Below are positions 46,967 to 60,500 of a stretch of DNA of 64,000 nt, piece after piece. Source of the stretch: Setoptus koraiensis (Eukaryota > Animalia > Arthropoda); contig CM106586.1 of NCBI GenBank assembly GCA_048013815.1, positions 6,138,001 through 6,202,000 of the forward strand, in the 5' to 3' direction. Under the pieces are notes generated by a model that searched no databases, was not told the origin of the DNA, and saw only the letters and a list, made by a program, of their open reading frames with translations. Position 1 is the first letter of the stretch. Each line of letters starts with the position of its first letter. The translations under genes were made by a program, and so were the position numbers.

Positions 46967-48469
46967 ATGTTAGAACAAGCTAATCAAGATTCATCGTCAT
47001 CGTCCGCGTCGTTGCTGTTATCGTCCACTAAATCATCTTTGTCATTAGCTAAATCTTCCAAGGGTTGGCTTCAAAAATTCAAATCTTTTGATTTAAATGA
47101 CGTGGGACAATTGAAAGTGATTGTTTATGCCGCCGAGGGTCTAGCCGCTGCAGATCTGAATGGCAAAAGTGATCCTTTTGCTGTTATAAAACTAATCAAT
47201 AGTGAACGCCAGACAAGCACACAATACAAAAATTTAAACCCAGAATGGAATGAAACTTTCACATTTGATATCACAGACATAAATGCCATATTAGATATAC
47301 TCGTTTGGGACGAAGACAGGCATGGCGCCGATTTTCTCGGTCGAGTCTCTATTCCCTTGCTGAAAGTGGTGGAGGGCAGGAAGCTTTGGTATCAATTGAA
47401 GGATAAAAAGTTACAAAACAATGCCAAAGGAAGGATCCTATTGGAAATATCCACGCAATGGTCAATAGTCAAGGCCGCAGTGCGTACCTTTAATCCAAAG
47501 GAGCCCATTAGGAATATACCCGATCCAACTTTCAAGAGGTCACTACTTGTGTCTAATTTCAACAGATTGAAATGGCAAATATTGAAATTGATAGACATGT
47601 GGCGCTATGTACAAAGCTGTTTCTCATGGGAGTCCAAGATACGCAGCTCTATGGCATTTGTCATTTTTATCTCCGTCACCTATTTCTTCGAGATTTGGAT
47701 GACACCGTTAGCCATACTGATGTTATATATATTCAATTATATCCTGTGCAGAAATAACGCCATAGAGGATGACCACCAGACCTTCATAATACCATGCGAT
47801 GAAGATTCCTCGTTCGAGGATCTTAACCAACAGCAGCAACAGATGTTACAGTCCCATCATAAATGGTGCCCATCAAACAATAATAATAATAGCCACAATA
47901 ATAATAACAATGTTTACTCTATGCCAAACTCAAATAACAACAATGGCTCAGCCGCAGGCTTGCAACAACAAAATGACCAACAACAAAACGATAACAGGTC
48001 AATTCTTGAGAAGATACAGGCAGTACAGGACGTAGTGATATTAGTTCAAGACATTATTGGTGAGCTAGCCTCATACGGAGAACGATTGGTCAATTCTTTC
48101 AGATTCCGTGTGCCATTCCTCAGTCATCTGATGATGTTTTGTTTGTTGTTAGCCACAATTCTGCTATACTGTGTACCATTGCGCCTCATTGTGATGCTGT
48201 GGGGCATTAATAAGTTCACTAAGAAATTGAGGAATCCATACGCCATTGATAACAATGAATTGATAGACTATTTATCGCGAGTTCCCGATAATGTACATTT
48301 GAGGAAATATCACAACGAAATCTCTGAGACCATAACTAAATCAAGCATAACCAGTAGTAGTGGTGGTAGTTGTATCCTCAGTAGCAAAACAAACAGATTA
48401 GTAAATGTCTGCGATAAAAACTTGCTATTCAGGCTAGAATGTTTCCACAACAGAAACAAAAATAAATGA
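46967..48469 (+). CDS. MCTP: MCTP-family protein with one C2 domain plus the C-terminal transmembrane region (500 aa ORF)
   Basis: C2 domain LKVIVYAAEGLAAADLNGKSDPFAV...KNLNPEWNETFTF...VWDEDRHGADFLGRVSIPLL, then MCTP signatures KAAVRTFNPKE, FKRSLLVSNFNRL, SCFSWES, EKIQAVQDV..VQD..GELASYGER..N.F.F.VPFLS and WGINKFTKKLRNP..IDNNELIDYLSRVP. Confidence 0.88.
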   Translation: MLEQANQDSSSSSASLLLSSTKSSLSLAKSSKGWLQKFKSFDLNDVGQLKVIVYAAEGLAAADLNGKSDPFAVIKLINSERQTSTQYKNLNPEWNETFTFDITDINAILDILVWDEDRHGADFLGRVSIPLLKVVEGRKLWYQLKDKKLQNNAKGRILLEISTQWSIVKAAVRTFNPKEPIRNIPDPTFKRSLLVSNFNRLKWQILKLIDMWRYVQSCFSWESKIRSSMAFVIFISVTYFFEIWMTPLAILMLYIFNYILCRNNAIEDDHQTFIIPCDEDSSFEDLNQQQQQMLQSHHKWCPSNNNNNSHNNNNNVYSMPNSNNNNGSAAGLQQQNDQQQNDNRSILEKIQAVQDVVILVQDIIGELASYGERLVNSFRFRVPFLSHLMMFCLLLATILLYCVPLRLIVMLWGINKFTKKLRNPYAIDNNELIDYLSRVPDNVHLRKYHNEISETITKSSITSSSGGSCILSSKTNRLVNVCDKNLLFRLECFHNRNKNK

Positions 48470-48791
48470 TGAATTTTAACTTGATTCCAAGGGCCCCAAG
48501 CCAACAAATGTACAATTATATATAGACACGCTGAAACACAATTAATTGGCTCGGTTATCTGTCTAATTGATTTGACTAGCTCTAGAAATGATAATTATTA
48601 TTACTGTCAAGGCAACTTGTGGACAACACTCTCTAATGCGATTTTTATCATTTGAATTTTAGCGCCAGTGCGTGTTTCGCACACGCTCCTTCAACCAGTC
48701 GGCACCTCGGATATTTTAGTTGACTGTTATCGAAATAAGAACATTATTTCCCTCTGTTCCGAGATTTATTATTACTATTACCATAACCAGG

Positions 48792-49085
48792 ATGGCCAGT
48801 CAAACCACCCCCAAAGGCATGGGCCTACCACAGCCACCTGGCAAAGATATGGCCACATTGATGGCGGAAATCGAGATAGAGATGATGTCGGACATGTACA
48901 ATAAAATTACCGCAACTTGCCATAAAAAATGTATTAGCAGTAAATATAGGGAACCGGACTTAAGTAAGGGTGAATCGATCTGTTTGGATCGTTGTGTGGC
49001 CAAATGGACAGAAATACATGAGAAAATCGGTCACAAACTTGTGGCAGCCACCACTGAACAGAATAATCAACAAATCCCCACGTGA
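48792..49085 (+). CDS. TIMM10: Mitochondrial intermembrane-space chaperone Tim10 (97 aa)
   Basis: [21 protein letters not shown]...[17 protein letters not shown]: twin CX3C motif. The first ATG is at 48792. Confidence 0.95.
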   Translation: MASQTTPKGMGLPQPPGKDMATLMAEIEIEMMSDMYNKITATCHKKCISSKYREPDLSKGESICLDRCVAKWTEIHEKIGHKLVAATTEQNNQQIPT

Positions 49086-49356
49086 ACAGAGTTGTATTGT
49101 CAATAATAAAGAGGGATCAAACTAATTATATGCCATTGTTGTTGTCGCTTCTAGGCTGAGGTCAGATAGTGATGTTAGATCGATATCTGCTGAGCAGGAG
49201 ATAGTCCCACAAAGATAGGCGCAAAACGTGTAGTGTACAAATTTAGGCTTATGTACGAGGTATTGTAAGACCATTTATTCAATAAATCAGATGCAAAACA
49301 TTATTTCAAATAGAGATTTAAGGCGCAGCATCAGACCATTGTTCGAATTTGGTGGT

Positions 49357-49838
49357 CTACTTGTGGGCACCTGCCTTCCTCTGTTGTACAAGAACATTGG
49401 ATAGTTCGTCACGCTTTCGCTTAGCTCTAAGATGGGTGCCAAGACGTTTTTTGAGGAATTTCAGGGCTCTTTTGTCACGTGACACACGTAACAACTCCAT
49501 GCATCTTCTCTCATAGGGGGCAAATCCGCATACCTCTTGCACCAATGAACGTATGAATTGGTTGTGTGGCGTCTTTTTCTGTTTGATGGATAAGAGAATG
49601 GAATTGAGAGATGGAGGGTGAGAGAGGTTAGTGGATTGCTAGTATAAGTGGAGGGGTATATTATGCCAGGCATATGTTATAGTATGCCATGTGTCTAACT
49701 TACGCCTTTTTGTTGTGAAGGTCTAGGCTTCTTGCGCTCATTCTTGGTTACTTTGTGACCTTTTGTAAGTCCAACTACCGTTTCATATTTTGGTAGTTTA
49801 GATTTGCGTTCGGCCTTGGGAGCTGCTCGTTTGGTCAT
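49357..49838 (-). CDS. RPL36: 60S ribosomal protein L36 (eL36); exons 49838-49704 and 49578-49357 (118 aa)
   Basis: [12 protein letters not shown]...[45 protein letters not shown]; 125-nt GT-AG intron, phase 0. Confidence 0.96.
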
Positions 49839-51288
49839 TGTGATAATTGGATATATTTCCCCTTTCCTTAAATACAAATTCTTTAAATATTTTATCAGCT
49901 AATGATGAGTTGGCTTTTTTGCCGGCAAGATGACAGGTAAATATGCCGTCAATGAAGATAACAATTTCCTAATTCTAGAGTGATCTCGGCTAGAATTGAT
50001 TGGATAATTTCCGAAAGCTAAATTAGAGGCAATAATAACAAAATAATAGTAATAATAGATTTCCTGACAAGGATCTCTGATTTTCGACGGTGCCGACTGT
50101 TCTGAATAGCGTGCGCCAAACACAGAATGCGTTGTGAAGGCATGCGGAGGCGTGCCACATGCCTTCCGCTGTGGCCTGATCGGCGTTGGCGCTAAATTTG
50201 AATGGTAAAAAATGAAATTCTAGAATTGTCTAAATTGTCGCCCACGAGTTGTATCAAACTACATTTTTTGATCGATTATTCCAAGTTGGTCGTGCTGTAT
50301 ATATATATCCGACTATCACTTAAACTAGTAATTGATTGCATTTTCTACTAAGAAGACATTCCACAACAATTGGACAACAATTTTTTGTCGCGAACCAATC
50401 AATCAGGTTTACCTCATTTAACTGTCGTAACCTGTCTGGCTGTCATCCTCCCGATCGTAATTCTTGCAAACGATATAATGAACCGAGACCATAAGAAAGT
50501 AGGATTAGTAGATGTACGTGAGCGATCATCAACAAATCTCAACCTTTCGCCTTGAGGTAATATACAATGAATTGTGCTTTTCGAAACTAGACAGTTGTCG
50601 GATGTAACAACAAATTGTTATCACCAAACAAAGTTGATTAATCACAGTATCCTTGCCCAATCTCAACAAGCTGACAATTTAGCCCCCTCCCCCATGTGCT
50701 AATTGACTTATTTGTTTCTAACGATTATGTTTTCATGATATTGTGTTATAAAATATGCTATTCGCAGTTTAACAACTATGGAATGTGAGTTGAATTGTGA
50801 TGTAGTGATACCTAGTGTCTTCGATATATCAATGTCCCCCATACGGTTAAATGGACTTCCTAATAAAAGTCATCAAACTTGTCTTGACTACGGGAAAAAT
50901 AGTTCCAGACAGAGAAAAATTGGAGGAATGAATGAGGTTGGTGGTTGTTGCTGTAACTATTGATGGAGCTGTTATTACCGCGCCAGAGTAGAACGGAGTG
51001 AGAAAAAAAGGTTATTAACTAACTAATGAAACTAATTGCGACTACTTGTTAATGACACCTAAAGACATCCTCACAATTTAGAAGAACACGTTGCACCCCC
51101 TTTCCAATAAATCACTGTCTGATTGGTTTAAACTTCAGCGACATGCAGCAGTGCTTGCTCTCTGTCACCATGATTGCAAGTAATCGTTTTCGGAAACCAT
51201 TTCTTAGACCATTCTGTAATCTAATGGCCAAGAAGCCAACTAATTAGTGTTTCGACAATTAACAAATAAAAGATGTAAAAAAATTAAA

Positions 51289-54200
51289 ATGACCCTGATA
51301 CGCAGAATAACGTTTATTTTAATCGCCGTGTTGGTGATAACGGCAAATCTTTGTTTTTCAAGATCGCCACAAATAGTTAGGAGAACGACGGAAACATCGA
51401 CAATAATTACGACCGACAAGGTGATTAGTAATAACAGTTTTAGCAACAACAAGGAGCACTTTTTCCAGCATCAAAATGAATATATCGGAAGATATCCCTT
51501 CCTATGGAATGAAACATCAAATAGTCTGATAAAATTGAAAGATTTCCTCAATGTAAACGAGATACTAAAATTGATAAATGGCTCGAATGAGATAGATCAA
51601 GCTGAATTGTATCAGTATCACATTGAGAGGGCAGCCGAGTATTTAAACTACTTCAGTAGAGACCCATTTCATTATTCGTCTCAGAAGGAGCTAGCTCTTT
51701 CGGGCGGGCCGCCAGTAAATAGTCTACTGTGTCGACAACAATTGCAATGGCTACATAATCAGCTTACCAGCAACGATACCGATGCTCATACTAAATTGAT
51801 GTTTGGCAAGGGCAAAAACAAATTAAATCTGGCCCGTTATATCGACTCGTTTGGTCGTCCCGAGGCGGCTTCTTATCTGGGCAATTCAATATGGTTTGGC
51901 TCGTATGAGCAGTGTCTCTACTCTCAATTCAATTTTACTAGCCAGTCTCGAAACAACACCAACCAGCAAGCTGATGAGATGGCTGGCAACGACGACAAAA
52001 TAACCAATGGTGCAAGTAGTTTAATCAAGACTCGCTATTGCTATGGCAGATTGGTGTCGGTCGGTTGGCCCACGAACGATACATTTGTGCCGAAGCCAAC
52101 AATCAAAGCGGGCTTGTGCTTGCCTGAGACATGTGATACCCGATCGTGGTCAACGACAGCACCGAATGGAGGGCCAACTGGTGAGATTATCCAGAAGCTG
52201 CTGCTGATGAATTTTGCCGAACATCTGAAAGACAGATACAAAATGGTCGGTTTGTATTGTTTGCCGGACGAAAGGAGTGAATTGCGTCAATTTCAACCAG
52301 CGGCCTGGGCCTTCATCGGTTGCAGTGTTGTGTGGCTGTCGATTGTGTTTGTGGCCACAATTTATGATTGTTTTATCCTGCAGCCTAAACGCAAGAAAAA
52401 ACTGGTCGCTTTTGAGGCCAACTGTGGCCAACAACGGGCAGCCAAGAAACAAGGCCAAGATAGCACACAGTATGCTGATGGTGGCTCAATTGTTGCAAGG
52501 GACAACAAGAGACGCAAATACAATGTCGCAACGCCGCTGCCACTGGTTAAAATCGAGGAAATTGTTCAACTAAATAACGACACCGCCAATAACAATCGAT
52601 CGTGCAATGATTCGCGCAATCAACATAAGACAAAAGCTATGCGTCTCTTCGAGGAATTGGTGGGCATATTCTCGTTTAGGCAAAACTATCAAGAGTTTGT
52701 GTCTATTGACGATCTTATTAAACGAACGGAACACATCAACCTGGTGCCAATTAACATGTTCAAGGTTGTGTGTGCCTTGTTGGTAATAAATGGCCATGCT
52801 ATTGTCATAAACACTGTCCAATATAAGATACCTGGCCTGTCGTTCGAAATGATGCCTCGCAAGAGTGTACTACTAACACAATCGTTGCCATTGTCAGTGG
52901 ACACATTCTTTATTATGGCCGGCCTGTTGTACGGATTTAGTGTTATGAGAAGATTTACAAAATCAAAAAAGCCCTATAGCGATCTAATTAAGCCATTGGG
53001 CTATTTGCAATATCAGGCAAACACATTTTTGAAAATTTGTCCCGTATACATGATATTGTATTGGTTTAATTATTCATTTGCATCACTGTTGTCGAGCGGA
53101 CCCTCGTGGGATTACGGAACTGACAGAAATTCGTATAGAGGCTTGTGCAAACAAACCAGCCAATGGTATCACTATGTGTTGTATTTCAACCATTTGAGTC
53201 CCGATCCCTTTCCGCCTTGCCTGGGCACCGGCTGGTTTCTTGAGGTCTACCTCAAGGTGTTCCTTCTCGTACCCCCGCTCACCTACCTGATGCTGAGGTA
53301 ACTAGCTGCACTGTTTAGTTGAGATGACAACTACACAAATGACAACTATGCAAATGACAACTGTGCTACAATAATAATATCCTCTTTTTATCATCTTGTG
53401 TATGCGCAAAGGTTCCGGCGTTTCAGAGTGGCCCTGGTGGCCGTGCTGATGATTGTTCCGTTTGTTCAGTTCTCGAAATGGATGTACAACACTTCGGTGG
53501 CCGACAGTCGCACAATCCAAAAGAACTTCTCAATCACATTTGTGCTGTAAGTGCAGCCAACACTGAACCACTAATCAAACTAAATCTAAAGTAGCTTGTC
53601 ACTCACTATTAATTAGCTCGCCGATACTGACTAAACTCATGTCATATGTCACCTTTTGTGATGATGCGCACTCTCCTGGGGCTCACTGGGCTTGTCAGAG
53701 AGGCTAAGTATTATGGCATTTTCCATTACACGGACATTCTATACAGGTTGCCGGAGACATTGGCCGGAGTTTTGGCGGGCATCATGATTTATGAGTACAA
53801 CACTTATCGTGAACAGCAGCAGCAACAGCAACAGCAGCTAACGGAACAACAACAAGACGGGGTGACAGAAGGGTTTGAAGAAAATAAATTGTCGCCTGTC
53901 AAATCGGTGCAGCAAAACAACAACTATTGGCCCAGTTGGATGCGAGGCATTTGGTTTAAATTGGCCGTTTGGGCTCACGTTGTCATATTTGGTTGGCCGG
54001 CATTGTTGACTTACGTAACTGATTACTATGACAGTATTAGTGGCATCAATTATGATAATGAAAATTTTAGAAAATTAATAGTCTCATTTCAGATGCCCTG
54101 TCTACTGTTTGCCTGGACAGTTGTCAATCTTATAGTGATATTACGCTTAAGCACGGACGTTGCCAAACAGTCAAAATGGTCTAGACACAGAATTTGGATT

Positions 54201-54422
54201 GTGTTGAGCCGCATCACCTATTGCATGTATTTGATACACGTAGAGGTGCTTGTTTATTTGGTCTATTACGATTATCATATCAGAACCCATTTCAATGGTG
54301 ACAAAGTAATAAGAGAGTTTTTCATCAGTGTGCCCATAATAATGGCGCTGTCGTTGTTCGTTCAATTGGCACTCAAAGCTCCGCTGGATAAACTGATTAA
54401 TAAATTGTTGCGAATAAGCTAG
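51289..54422 (+). CDS. NRF-6-like membrane protein (NRF domain + acyltransferase-3), copy 1; exons 51289-53297, 53412-53546, 53699-54422 (about 955 aa)
   Basis: Signal peptide MTLIRRITFILIAVLVITA. NRF domain DSFGRPE...GSYEQCL...RYC...GLCLPETC. AT3 motifs VINGH, VDTFFIMAG and LSRITYCMYLIH. Both introns are phase 2 and frame-consistent. Confidence 0.85.
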
Positions 54423-57177
54423 ATAAGCGTACATGATCGTTTGGCGCGATCACTAGTCGCGTGAAGCGTCTACGCGAAGCATCTCCATTTGTAGTGTTAC
54501 AGACTTGAAAATTGTTAGTAGAGAGTAATTAGATGTAATAAACAAACATTAGTGACTGGTTTTATCAAGTGACGATGAACTTTCACCTTGCGCTCACTGT
54601 GACGCTGCTGTTAGTACAAGTTCAATAAAAAACTTTATACAAGCTTTGTACAAACTGCCTGAAAGCAGTAGCTGGCATTGGCAGCAGTTTTACGGTGCAG
54701 GGTTCACAGAAAATGATCATTCAATGAAAAATCGTCAATAGCTCGTCGTCAGGGTCTCGTCTGTTTTATAAAGGTAAATAAAGGTAAATAAAGGTAAAGA
54801 GATCAGAGTTATGTGATAGGTCGCACAAAGTTACCGGCGGGTGGTCAGGCTAAGCGGCCAAGTTCATTCATTATCTGGTTCAACTTTGAATGGCCACGAA
54901 CGGCAAGAAATGGCCAGGATATTGCTATCGGGATCGACTGTGTCATGTTGTATATTTTATTTTGTAGATGAACATACACAACACGACATGTCGTTATCAG
55001 CGTCTCATTTACAGGTGATGCAGACATGCCCAGATTGACCCTTTGAATGTGTTAACTTCACTGAACTCTCCCTGAGGCACCCCATTGAAAAGAGCGCACA
55101 AATGAGGAGAGTTTATCGATCAAGATGAGATGTTTTGCCGATTACAAGTTCACCTGTACACTCGTTTAGAGGTCGAATGTGAACATGTTAATCGCTCACA
55201 ATTGTCGATAACAGTTGTTGTTTATGTCTGCAACCCTTCATCTGGCTTCATCGATAGCATGAATGGGATAGTATGATATTAACAGTGACAATAATAGCCA
55301 TTATTATTCCATTTATTGATTCATATTCATTGATTTATGTCAATCTGTGGCGCCATCGAGGGGCCTACAGTCGAGGAAGCAAAGGCGCGATATTTATTGT
55401 TTACTGCACCATCGTATCAGTTCGACCATACATCAGATGATATATAATCGTGCCAAGGCCAAATGAGCGTCATTTATGATGCATGATGTAATCGGATACT
55501 GAGTAGTAGGTGGCTAACACACAAATTTTGGGGTTCACAAGAGATAAACACAAAACACAAATACATGCGTCAGTTTCCGTCAGACCGTATAAAGACATTT
55601 GTCAATGCACAGCGGGCATTAAATGTTTTAAAATGTTTTCTTGGAGCGTCTTCTCAAATGGCTTAAATCTCCAGAGAAGAAGAATTATTGTTGTGCCTCA
55701 TGACAGCTCAGGATACCTGTTGCTCGCTGCTCATATATTTAAATATATTATCTAATGATGTATGTAACGACAATTATTGAATTATTAAACGTACACTGGT
55801 TCGAACGCACACACTGGTGCCGCTTGTTGTCTTTGAATTTGTGTGTTAGCTTGCCAAAGGTGATTCTCACTCACAACTATACCGGTATGTATATGAAAAT
55901 AAATATATTTGCTAGTTTGAGGATCATTTACGATGATAATAAAATCACTGTCTAGCTGGCAATTGCCACAAAATTGGCCCAGACGATATTGAGATGCTGC
56001 CAGTTGGCGCCTTAAATTACAGGCCCGTCGGTCACAGTCGGGCAAGTGATGCAGCCTCACAGGAGACAAGTGTTTGCCCGGCTAAAAACAAACAACAACA
56101 AGCGAGCACTTTAATCGAGTCAACATCACCTGTGCTCACCTGTGATCACTTGAGCTTGTGTTTTTGTTGCTTGGTCTATTCACGTTCAACAACTTGATCG
56201 CTCTTGACTCGCTACGTTGAGGTATGAGCGACGAATATGTGGTAATACCTGTTTCGTCGTATTGGCGCGCCATCGGCACGGCCAATAATCGGGCGTCAAA
56301 AGTCATTATTATCATCATTATGAGTTATCTCTGTCTGTCGCTCGCTATCCATTATCGGTGATCGCTTATCGCCAAACGGATCCACGGATGCATCGATGAA
56401 TGGATCGATGAATGGATTGCCGTTGAATTGATGCAGTGTCGTCGGAAATGTTTGTTGTCGATTGTGTTCGCTTGACAGTGAACGTCGTGTCTTACGTCGT
56501 CGCCGAGACCGAGAGTTTGCGCAACAAGCACGTCAAGTGCGCGACGCAACCCTGTTTGGTGTCACGCATTTTTGCGCAGAGGGCGCTGCCGGCCAACAAG
56601 CAACAAGTGCAGTGTTGCAGTGCGGTGGAAATCCGCAACGACTAACTGTGTGCGCAATGCCTGGCAAAATTACCTGGCTATCATCATCAGGTATTTCCAT
56701 TGCGCACGCAGCATCTTGTGCGTCGAGCTACTTGTAGTGAGTAGCTTGTAGCAGCAAGTTTTGTGTAGCACAAGATGCCCTGGCGGCTGATGGCGTAAGC
56801 AAAATGGGACACAACTAGGTGGAAAGTTTGCATTTTTGACGTTAACTAACTAACTAACTAACACAGTTAATCAAGTGCCAACAACAACAAAGGTTACCTG
56901 TGAGTGTTGTATGGTTAGCTGATCCAATAATGGATGGCAAATACCCAGAGCATCTCACACAAATAATTATCATTGAGATACGAGCAGCGCAAAATTGATT
57001 TATTAATAATACTTGTTGATAATACTGCATTGGCATGCAAAAAAGTTTTGTTGTTGTTGTTGTTTGTCGTCATCGATTACTGCTGTTACTTTAGTTGTTG
57101 ATAGCAGCAGATATTGAATAATAACACATCACCTGTTGCTGTTGTGGCTAGACACTTGTGGGCCTTTGGCAGCGTCA

Positions 57178-57232
57178 TATAAAAGTAGCGATCGTATAAA
57201 AGTGACACCTAGTTAATTTGACTTCATCAGTT
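57178..57232 (+). promoter_or_regulatory. Tandem TATA boxes plus Inr for the second NRF-6-like gene
   Basis: TATAAAAG at 57178 and 57195; TCATC/TCAGTT initiator-like sequence about 31-34 nt downstream of the second; CDS begins at 57571. Confidence 0.55.
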
Positions 57233-57570
57233 GACTGCAATCGAAGCGCATTAACGACAAGTGAACAAGACACAAAACGATTAGTTAATCGAATACAAAT
57301 ATTGATACCTTGTTGGTTGGGCGCATCATCGCGAAGCAGCTTGAGAAACACTTGTCATCAGTCACGTAGTCGCTAACAAACTTTCAACTTTTACAGCAAC
57401 TCTTTACACATGCTCACTGACACCAACCACAGCCACAATAATAAATAAATCAACGCCGCACAAGCCCCAAGCACAGCAAGACACATCAGACAAGACACAC
57501 ATCATCAGACAGTCATCAGACAATCCTCAGACAATCCTCAGACAATCATCAGATAATAACACTCAACGAC

Positions 57571-60500
57571 ATGCCTCGCTCGCCAGCGCCCCTCTCGTTG
57601 GCCAATGCCGTCAGCTGGCCAGTGTTTTTGTCGCTAGCGCTAGCGATCGGGGCCCATTCCAGCGCCCTGGTGCCCACTGACACAAACAGTGGCCAAACTA
57701 AAGACAGCCACACTAACAGCGACCAAGCAAACAGTGGCGACACGCCGTCATCGTCGACAGCCGTGTCAAGTGAACCAGGCGCCGACAAGTGGCGATTTTG
57801 GCGCCCGGATTTGGTGTCGCTAGAGCAAACACTGCAGGCGAGATATCCCTTTTTGTGGGACAACAGCACGCACACAATGATACCACTTAGAGAGTATTAT
57901 GACAATGCGCTCACCATTGAGTCGCCCCAAGATTTTATCGCAAACAACAGCGCCCAATCCATGCAATACAACTATGAGAAATCAATTGAGTTCACGAGTC
58001 GTTTCACTCGCGACTACTCCATCTACACCGACCCCACCGAGCTGCAGCTGTCTGGCGGCCCCAAACAAAACGCGCGCCAGTGTGTCGATCAATTGCGATG
58101 GCTGCATCGTCAGCTGCAACAATCAAGAGTTAACGGCTCTAAACCAATAGAAACCATCAACGGCGTGGACAGCATAAATCTTGTGCGATATTTGGATTCG
58201 TTTGGCCGACCAGAGGCGGCCTCTTACGTGGGCAACAATCACTGGTACGGCTCATACGACGAGTGTCTGGCGCTGAAATTCAACAAGCAACAAGCAAACC
58301 AACAAATGTTCTCAAATCGTTACTGTCTCGGTAAGCTCACATCGCGCTATTGGCCCGACAATGACAATTTTGTGCCCAGACCCAGCATCAAGATTGGCTT
58401 GTGTATTCCGCAAAGTTGCGACACCAAGTCTGTGATAGACAAACAATTACTGACAACTGTCAATATTACCAATGGTGATAACAATGGCACAAGCGAGCAA
58501 CAACAATTAACAGTGTTACAATTGATCAACGACATTATGCTAATGAACTTCTCGCCCCAATCTAGAGACACCTACAAACTTGTGGATATTTATTGTTTGC
58601 CCGACGACGACAGCCCCATTAGATCACTGTCGAGCTCGGCCTACGTGCTAATTGGACTCTGTTTAGTGTGGTGCTCGTTGGTGTTGAGCGCCTCTTTGCT
58701 GTATTTGCATCGGCAACGAAAACGGCTCAACAGACAGCAAGGTCCGCTCGTTGATTATATAATGATTAGCAAGCAAAGCCAAATTGTGATTGGCGACAAC
58801 AACAACAAGGCCCACGATCAGTCGTGTGCGACAATGCCCCTGGTTTCGCTGGATCAGGCCACATTGAAACAACGCTCGGTGTGTTTGTCTGACAACAGCA
58901 GCAGCAGCGGCGGCGACAACAATCGCGAAACAACAATTCTCGACACAATCCTAAATGTTTTGGCGCTGTCCACCAGCGTGAATCATCTCAAATCGGTGCC
59001 CCATTTGAACAGTCAGACACGGGTCAATTTAATACCGCTCAGCTTTCTCAAGGTGCTGTGTACACTGGCCATAGTGGGCGGCCACACGGCCCATTGGAAC
59101 GCCATGTCCAGTAAGGCGAGCAAAATTGTTTTAGATTATCTAACGCTACATTGGGTACAAATAACACTTGTGTTTGCCTATGCCGTTGACACATTTTACG
59201 TAATGGCCGGCGTATTGTTTGGCTATTTCACCATGAAAAAACTCCAAGACAAACAAATGCCAGCTAGCGCATTGTTGAAATTTAAATCATGGCTCGGCAT
59301 CAATGGCCTGGTCTGGTTCAGATTGAGCACCATTTATATACCCGTTTACTGGTTCAGTTACTCGCTGGCAGTTCATTTGGGCTCCGGTCCAATGTGGGAC
59401 TATGGCACAAACGAGAACTCATTCAGGGGCACCTGCATAAAGCAAACACGATGGTATCATTTTATATTGTATTTTGCCAGCCTCGGCAGGGACCACACAG
59501 AGCCGCCCTGCAACGAGCCCGCCTGGTTCATCGAGACTTACATCAGGATATTTCTCGTCTTGCCGCCCATCACTTACCTGTTGATTAAGTACCCCAAATG
59601 GAGCATTGCGGCAGTGGCCAGTGTGACCGCACTCACAGCGTTTATCACGGGTCTCCTCACCTACAACCAAACCGCGGTGTCCTCTAGTTACGCCCTCAAG
59701 TATGCCATTTCCGCGGCCGCCATGTAAGTTGCCGATCGAGCCATTTCCCTGACATTTTTCTCTGACATTTTGTCACTTGTCAACTTGTCACGAGCGACTC
59801 TCAATAGTATCACTCAAACTAATCGCTTGCTGTCTTGCTCTTCCCCGATGCCAAATGCAGCGAGGCCAAATACAGCGGCTTCTCATATTTAAACACCTTC
59901 ACCTATCGGCTAGCGCCCGTACTGATGGGCACCCTAGCGGGAATTTATTTGCACAAATACGACGAGGGCACCATCAAACAGTGGCCCCGTTGGATGAGGG
60001 GCCCCATCAGTTTGAAATTGATCATTTTGGGCCACCTATTGATAGCTTTCGAAACTTTGACAGCCAAATATGTTGTGGACAATTTGGCAAATCAAAGCGA
60101 GAGCTCGCTCCTTTGGAACAATGTTTTATCGACGGCCAAATTGCAACCGATATGGTGCTTCTTAAATGCACTTCTAATAATACGTTTAACCACTTATTTT
60201 CAGACCAGTTGCAACGATACAAGTGATTGCGTCTCAATGGCAACCTGCACCGACAGAACGGGCTGTTTTTCATTATTAGCCATACAATTATTGAAATTTA
60301 TGAGACACAGATATTGGATAATATTGTCACGTTTAACATTTTGCATTTATTTAATACACTGCGAAATAATATATTTCATAGTGGCACACAATTATCAATT
60401 TAGAGCAAATGTTGACGTTTTCAAAACAGTCAGAGATTTTCTTTTCACAATTATGTTTAGCTATTTAGTGGCCACAATAGTCTATTTAATGTACGAAGCG

